A stretch of 41,488 nt of DNA, from the NCBI GenBank assembly GCA_032718475.1, contig JAUCBJ010003246.1:1-41488 (forward strand), read 5' to 3'. The first letter of the stretch is position 1, and the number at the start of each line of letters is the position of its first letter. Source of the DNA: Nemertoderma westbladi (Eukaryota > Animalia > Xenacoelomorpha). The position numbers and the translations under genes were made by a program. The notes under the pieces were generated by a model. The model had not been told where the DNA came from, searched no databases, and saw only the letters and a program-made list of their open reading frames with translations. Below, one piece after another: positions 36,701 through 41,488 of this stretch.

Positions 36701-37789
36701 GACATTCTTGAAGTCAAACTGCCTCTCTAAAAGAATGAAAAGCAATAGTAACGCTACACAGTCGACCACATGTTTGTGTGTCAATCAGGGAAAATCGAAA
36801 TAAAATTGTATCCATAGCCAGTTAGGTAAAGCGCAACAAAAATAAATTAGGGAGGAAATCTGGAAATCTTTCGTATTAGAAAGGTTCTAAATGTTTCATA
36901 AAGGTCACATATTAATTTTGTAACATAAAAATACAAAATAAGCAAAGTTTTAGTTAATGCAGTAAATTGGCTACTGTAATAATGCTTTAAACCGCATTAA
37001 TTATATTTGATGTTACTGCTAATGACTGCTATTGTGATAATAAAATACAAATACTTGGAAAAAACAGTATGAAAGACTTAGTTGGCTTTTACTTAGATCG
37101 CGTCCAATTACTGGAATTAATGTCACATCAACCTACCTTGATTGTGAATTTGCCGTCGTTATTACAGGATGATAAATTATTCTGAATCTCTAAATGGGAA
37201 GAACCCCATCCCTTCTGGAAACTTCGGTGACAGAATCGCAAATCTTCCCAACGAATTTTCCACGCCATGTTAACAATTTCGGCTTCTACTTTGTATTTCC
37301 TATAAAAGTAAATTGCTAACATTAAACATTTTACGTCCGCCAATAGTCTTCAATTGAGTATTTTTTACTCCATAAAGTAATGAATTTAACTATTAAATAA
37401 ATAAATCCAACTCCATCGCACGTACATTGCCATTACCAATAGTTAAATATATTTCTGATGAAATATGCCATGTCCGTCATAAATTAACTGACTTGTGATT
37501 AATGTGTAGTGTGCAGGAGTAAGTGGTAGTATTGTTCCGCTCTCCTTACCTTCCTGATCGATCCAATGCAAACGCATGGCAGCAGAATGAAAATAACCGA
37601 AGCGAGGATTTGAACGACTAACCTATAGATAAAGAAAGCTGATAACACGAGCAATACAATAGCACAACCAAGTCCGATTCCAACTTTCCAGACATCCTTC
37701 AACTGTTCGCATTTCTCGTTTTCGAAACCGCATTCGGGTGTGTCCGGTGGCGGATCTTTGCTTCCACTTGGCCAAGTAATCTCCCCAAC
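15500..37789 (-). CDS. Receptor-type guanylate cyclase (NPR/GC-A/B-like), 5'-partial, 14 exons, 708 aa in window
   Basis: Exons joined at GT-AG sites with matching phases (sum 2127 nt). Motifs: [14 protein letters not shown] helix, [84 protein letters not shown]-specifying Glu (KVETIGD) and Cys (RYCLFG) are present. Confidence 0.96.
15930..16658. repeat. 31-bp intronic minisatellite, about 23 copies
   Basis: Unit GCATGCACGCAACGGCTGGCATAGAACCACA, in the last intron of the rGC gene. Confidence 0.98.
16695..16845 (-). CDS. rGC exon: cyclase domain
   Basis: [26 protein letters not shown]...RGQVEMK; tag acceptor, gtaa donor. Confidence 0.95.
17194..17408 (-). CDS. rGC exon: cyclase domain
   Basis: [15 protein letters not shown]...[20 protein letters not shown]; cag acceptor, gtttgt donor. 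Confidence 0.95.
17545..17790 (+). mobile_element. Decayed tRNA-derived SINE
   Basis: B-box GTTCGAGTCC at about 17571 and a TCCACCCAGCTGTAA core-like motif; no clear TSD. Confidence 0.5.
18888..19106. repeat. 41-bp GC-rich palindromic tandem repeat, 5 copies; probable MITE end
   Basis: Unit AGTGTCCGGGGGTGTGCGGACACTTCCCCCCGGGGGGAGGA, ending GTCCTAGATCCG. Confidence 0.92.
19295..19487 (-). CDS. rGC exon: cyclase domain start
   Basis: [31 protein letters not shown]...NFDVYK; aag acceptor, gttag donor. Confidence 0.95.
19835..19984 (-). CDS. rGC exon: dimerization (signalling) helix
   Basis: [45 protein letters not shown]; tag acceptor, gtaa donor. Confidence 0.94.
21755..21923 (-). CDS. rGC exon: KHD C-lobe end
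   Basis: [16 protein letters not shown]...[17 protein letters not shown]; cag acceptor, gtaagt donor. Confidence 0.92.
22330..22485 (-). CDS. rGC exon: KHD APE and DVYSFG motifs
   Basis: [11 protein letters not shown]...[22 protein letters not shown]; cag acceptor, gtaa donor. Confidence 0.92.
22540..23820 (+). mobile_element. Heavily decayed RTE LINE, same family as 7957-8653
   Basis: [45 protein letters not shown]; nucleotide similarity to the 8000-8240 region (CAGGAAATGTCTGA, TGGATGACTTCT, AGGATTTGGAAGTC). Confidence 0.85.
24684..25168. repeat. 24-bp minisatellite and degenerate TGTA-rich array
   Basis: TGTATGTCTGTATGTATATAGTGC repeated, grading into ACCTGTAATGTATGG units that resume at about 26700. 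Confidence 0.9.
25519..26680 (-). mobile_element. 5'-truncated LINE (RTEX/CR1-group-like), frameshifted
   Basis: [40 protein letters not shown]; (AAAT)n tail on the minus strand at about 25520-25536. Confidence 0.85.
27702..27873 (-). CDS. rGC exon: KHD HGN and DFG motifs
   Basis: [36 protein letters not shown]...; aag acceptor, gtaagt donor. Confidence 0.93.
28078..28170. repeat. Foldback hairpin, MITE-like
   Basis: TTGTTTATGTGGTAACCAATGACG ... CGTCATTGGTTACCACGTAAACAA. Confidence 0.85.
28421..28557. repeat. Foldback hairpin, MITE-like
   Basis: TACATACTTG..ACTTTACAGTGT..GATCC..GTGGCTTT / AAAGCCAC..GGATC..ACACTGTAAAGT..CAAGTATGTA. Confidence 0.8.
28868..28996 (-). repeat. Duplicated 3' part of rGC exon plus donor (86-bp tandem duplication)
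   Basis: 28911-28961 equals 30556-30606 with one synonymous mismatch; a 43-nt intron start is repeated at 28868 and 28954. Confidence 0.93.
28997..30541 (-). mobile_element. Young 5'-truncated RTE-clade LINE with uninterrupted RT ORF
   Basis: [69 protein letters not shown]; stop runs into a (TAG)n tail; 14-bp TSD GTAAGTTTATTTAT; no endonuclease domain. Confidence 0.96.
30556..30627 (-). CDS. rGC exon: KHD
   Basis: [24 protein letters not shown]; cag acceptor, gtaagt donor. Confidence 0.92.
30867..33627. mobile_element. Non-autonomous DNA transposon with about 140-bp imperfect TIRs
   Basis: 30867-31005 is the inverse of about 33482-33627 (CATATTGCTTGAAATTTGAAACACAACTAGTTCAACTC, TTGACCCCATGAAGCCGGAATT); CAC...GTG ends; TSD unclear. 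Confidence 0.85.
32085..32325 (+). mobile_element. Short HINE-like element nested in the TIR element
   Basis: TTGTGGGGTGAGCG start, TCTGT-type microsatellite, GTGGGGTCTTCGTGCAGCA end (similar motif at about 10608). Confidence 0.5.
33833..33937 (-). CDS. rGC exon: KHD
   Basis: [35 protein letters not shown]; cag acceptor, gtat donor. Confidence 0.92.
34256..34333 (-). CDS. rGC exon: KHD VAVK motif
   Basis: [26 protein letters not shown]; cag acceptor, gtaag donor. Confidence 0.9.
35627..35887 (+). mobile_element. Full-length tRNA-derived SINE with Deu/Nin-like core
   Basis: A-box TGGTCTAGTGG, B-box GGTTCGATCCC, core GCTTTCATCCTTCAGTGGTCGATAAATG; 14-bp TSD CAATAATCAATTAT (35613-35626, 35888-35901). 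Confidence 0.88.
36643..36726 (-). CDS. rGC exon: Ser/Thr-rich segment, start of kinase-homology domain (KHD)
   Basis: [28 protein letters not shown]; 84 nt; tttag acceptor, gtgagt donor. Confidence 0.85.
37137..37299 (-). CDS. rGC exon: intracellular juxtamembrane
   Basis: [21 protein letters not shown]...FTIK; tag acceptor, gtaggt donor. Confidence 0.9.
37623..37789 (-). CDS. rGC exon: juxtamembrane and transmembrane helix
   Basis: [27 protein letters not shown]...[19 protein letters not shown]; aag acceptor (weak), gttagt donor. Confidence 0.85.
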
Positions 37790-38414
37790 CTTAACAGATG
37801 AATATTATTGTACTGTTTTACACATTCTAAAACATCATTTATATTCATTATTCATTTGAGTATTAAATTTTCATTGAAAGTGAATAATTATTGGTAACAA
37901 AATAGCCTCATGCTGATGAAATATTAATATTATATATAATGGATTTATACTAAAAAATAAAAATAACCCCATTGTAATGGTTCTTCAATTAATCATGTTA
38001 TTGCTACCAATCCAGAAACATAATGATATCATTATTTTCGACAACTATATTTTTTTTCCACTTGAGACAATTTTGGGGCTGCAGTTTATTTGTTAGGTAA
38101 GATTTTAAAGAATGGAAATTATATCAGGAAAAACAACGTTACAATGGGTTGCCATGCTACCACACCGATATACAAATAACATGTAGAGCAGCAGGGCTCA
38201 TTGTGGCAATATAAATCGATGGAGGATCTTGTAAACGAAACTAAACCGAGTATTTACCACACCCGATAAGCGCGGATTTAGACACACCTTGTATTTTTGG
38301 CTGGCTATAGTTATGGAAAGACGGACAGACACTCATAAACTACTATTGAATGAGGGGGGGTGGCGTACTGGACGTAAATTTAAGTTTCTCGGTGAATTAA
38401 TATTTTAATATTTC

Positions 38415-38550
38415 GTCTCAATGTTAAATTATCAATCAAGTGGCAGTGGAATGTTATTTTAACCAAAACAATAAACGAAATTCAAAAGTACAGGTTACAG
38501 TATTATTGTGGAGAGCAATGAGCTAATATTATAGCATCGATTTTCCGGAT
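38415..38550. repeat. Dispersed repeat; inverted copy of about 31290-31440
   Basis: CTCAATGTTAAATT, GTTATTTTAACCAAAACAATAAAC and ACAGGTTACAGT are reverse complements of motifs at 31340-31436. Confidence 0.7.
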
Positions 38551-39841
38551 GGGGGGGGGGGGGGGGGGGGGGCTCTGGAGGAGTGTAAAAGCTTTTGTGG
38601 GATAACTGATACGTTTGCCTTTGCTGGCCAGTTCTCCCCCAGGCGCTGGAATACTCTAAAAAGGTTTTCTAACTGTATATATATTCCCCTCGCCCGCAAG
38701 GTACCTTTACAGGTGTTTTAACGGACATAAAAATCATTCTGCTATATACGTGTTTTAGTGGACATGGTAAGACAAAAAACTTGTAATGCACCAACCACCT
38801 TTCACAGCTTAGCCGTGATGATTCATATTACGACATCTAGCAGCTGGTTGCTGACATGGAAACAGCCATTGGCCGCGTGGTTCTTTGTTTGGCTTGGGCC
38901 AATCAGGGCGGTTTTTCCTGTCGACGTGTAGCTTTTCTGCCGATCATAAGGAGAGTGTTCTGTCTTACTGTTTTACTTGTTACTTTGTTGTTATTGCTGT
39001 CTAAGCCAGAAACACCGGCATTTTGGATAGATACTGCTGTACCGTAAACTGCTTGAATTATCGAAAGTATAAACTGTTACCGAATCGAATCACAATTAAT
39101 TAATCAATCAAATCGAAAGACAGCATTAACTCACTTAATTTAATTGCATTAATCATATTGTTTGTACTGTTATTTTACCGTCAGTTATTAATTGTACCTA
39201 TTTGTTGATGGAAATATTGCTATTTGGATAATACGGATAAATCACCCAATTCCCAATTTTCTTGATAACACTACAGGTTAGAGAGACCGGCTATATATAA
39301 CAATTGCGATTTATATTAATGTGGTGTGTATTGAATCCAATGTTATTTAGCAGACCCTACGTGAGTCAATTACTGCTCTCTTTATGTGTGATCAAATGTA
39401 CTGACTGTCGGCAGAATAGTGTGTATGATTGTGATTGGTAACAAAGTATTTCCTAAAGAATACGTTTTATACTTTAATCATAAGCAGTATCGTTGCGTTT
39501 TAGTATAAGTCTTAGTTCTGTTTAAATAGATAAAGCGCCACGTCCTAAAGGAACTGTTAATATTTCCCGAAAGCCAATAATATCTGTCAGAGATTAATTA
39601 TTAACGATCTATCGAATAATACATTAGGTATACACTGCAACCTTACACTGTAATAATACAATTCAAGCATCCGAATTCAGTCTCCCGGGTGTAGATCCAT
39701 CGGGTGAATGATCGCGCATGGGCTGATTTCGGCTAATGTTTTGCGTATTAGCATAAATTATTGTCGTATGCTAAAGTGGTTTTAATTAACTAAAAGACAT
39801 ATAAAATTTGGCAGGTTAAACTGCTAAAGGTCTTCAAAAGC

Positions 39842-39975
39842 GCGAACAGTAACAGTTTATAATCTTATTGCAGTAGGCAATAAGGTTGCAAGTGTAGGCA
39901 TTAAATACAGTTTAATACTGTTCTGGCGAACAGTAACGGTTTACAATCTTATTGCAGTAGGCAATAAGGTTGCAA
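39842..39975. repeat. About 50-bp direct repeat at 84-bp spacing, containing a hairpin
   Basis: GCGAACAGTAAC..TTT..AATCTTATTGCAGTAGGCAATAAGGTTGCAA at 39842 and 39926. Confidence 0.85.
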
Positions 39976-40234
39976 AATACCGTAGTGACTGGTAAAACTG
40001 AACCGGTACTTTGTAGGTCAGTAGGCCTAACTGTCATCACCGGTACCGGTACTGCTGTACAAGTACTTTTAGTATTATTCGATTTTGATTATTGTATACC
40101 GGTAGGCTGTTTAAGAGATTAGGGACTGTACACCCCTTGTTTCTTTTGGAGCTTACTTATTTCTGTCAGTTTTATTTCCTAGTAAGTTAATATTGAGCAG
40201 AAGGCGTGTGACCCTGCTCAGATTGTTCAGATAA

Positions 40235-40800
40235 TTGTAGGCTGAGCTGCTGTCTGACTGTGGTTGGGTTTGGAGAGATTACGGCGTGTGTAGAGTTTGT
40301 CTGATAAAGTGCCGTTAGTAAGTTGGGGCAGTCAACACTGTAAGGTCAATCCCCTCTTAAAGAGTAAGTCGTACTACCGTGTTAGCACGCATACTAACTA
40401 ACAGTTTCAGAGTCTGCATATACCGTAGTTTATTTAGGCTTGATCGTAGTCTGCCAGTGTTTTGGCCTGTGTTTGTTTGTGTGGTCTGTTCAGGTACCGT
40501 AATAGTTATTACTCAAATATTTGTAGGCTGGATTGTTGTCTAGCTATTTTTGGGTCTGAAGGGATTGCTGCGTGTGTAGAGTTGGTCTGATCAAGTGCCG
40601 TTAGTAAGTTGGGGCAGTCAACACTGTAAGGTCAATCCCCTCTTAAAGAGTAAGTCGTACTACCGTGTTAGCACGCATACTAACTAACAGTTTCAGAATC
40701 TGCACATACAGTAGTTTGTTTAGGCTTGATAGTAGTCTGCCAGCGTTTGGTTTGTATTTGTTTGAGTATTCTGTACGGGTAGCGTAATATTTATTATTCA
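40235..40800. repeat. 286-bp tandem duplication
   Basis: TAGAGTT..AAGTGCCGTTAGTAAGTTGGGG...CAGTTTCAGA at 40291 and 40577. Confidence 0.9.
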
Positions 40801-41488
40801 GAGTTTATGCGATTATTCGCAACATTCATGTCCCCAAGTTTATTCCTACAGTAATTGTGCTTGTTATACATACCGTTATAGTTAAACTAACCCCGGTACT
40901 ACATCAGGGCTGCTTGGCGTAGGTAAAGACTGACGACTTTGTGCTTCGGTCACTCCAGCAGATGCCGTGGTTCTTTTAACTGTTCAAGTATATTTAACTA
41001 CTGATTATTTGTTATACCGGTACTTGTACCTAATTTAGGGTTTAGAGTACAGTGCCTTCCGAAGTAATTAGTGTAGGCAGTATATTTGTGTTGTAAAGTG
41101 GTTGATAGGCACATTCGTTAGCTCTATTAGCTTCTGGGTAGGAACAATCCGTGATACATAACGTAGTACCTATAGCGATACGGTTATAGGTCGTCAGGCG
41201 GTGGTATTTTCCTATCTGGACAGTACAATATATTTACTACTACTTATTATTTAAATACCGTAGTACCCTGTCCTTTGTAATAGCCAGAAATCTAACCCTT
41301 TGTTGGACTGGTTTGTAGACTTCCTGTAAAATTACCCTAAAAATTCGTACGTCATATTTTGTTGTGTTTAATTAGAGAATTAATCTCACCCGTATCGTAA
41401 GTAATTTGTAGTATTAAGTAACTTAGGTAAATTAGAATTATCAGTTTTAGTGTCAAATAAATAGCACTTCACTTAGAGGCGTTCAGCT

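Noticed and set aside
38288-38345. Additional upstream rGC exon ending AAG|GTGTGT
   Set aside because: The required frame hits a stop within about 16 codons and shows no family similarity

Overview
Eukaryotic, AT-rich, repeat-dense animal genomic DNA, probably a marine invertebrate (inferred from the repeat families). One host gene is well supported: the 3' part of a receptor (membrane) guanylate cyclase of the NPR/GC-A/B-like family on the minus strand. I traced 14 GT-AG exons (37789 down to 15500) with consistent phases, giving 708 aa that cover the juxtamembrane region, TM helix, kinase-homology domain, dimerization helix, cyclase domain and C-tail. The ectodomain exons are not in the window. 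The rest is mobile DNA: RTE-type and other LINE fragments, tRNA-derived SINEs, non-autonomous TIR elements, HINE-like elements and minisatellites. Two observations stand out. (1) An RTE retrotransposon with an intact RT frame inserted at a splice donor of the cyclase gene and duplicated that donor as its TSD. It lies in frame with the upstream exon, so a receptor-RT fusion frame exists. (2) The 7.3-kb 66-bp satellite appears to have arisen inside a Penelope-like RT gene, and its ancestral unit variants can still be read. Neither is shown to be functional. All family assignments come from motif recognition by eye, not database searches.
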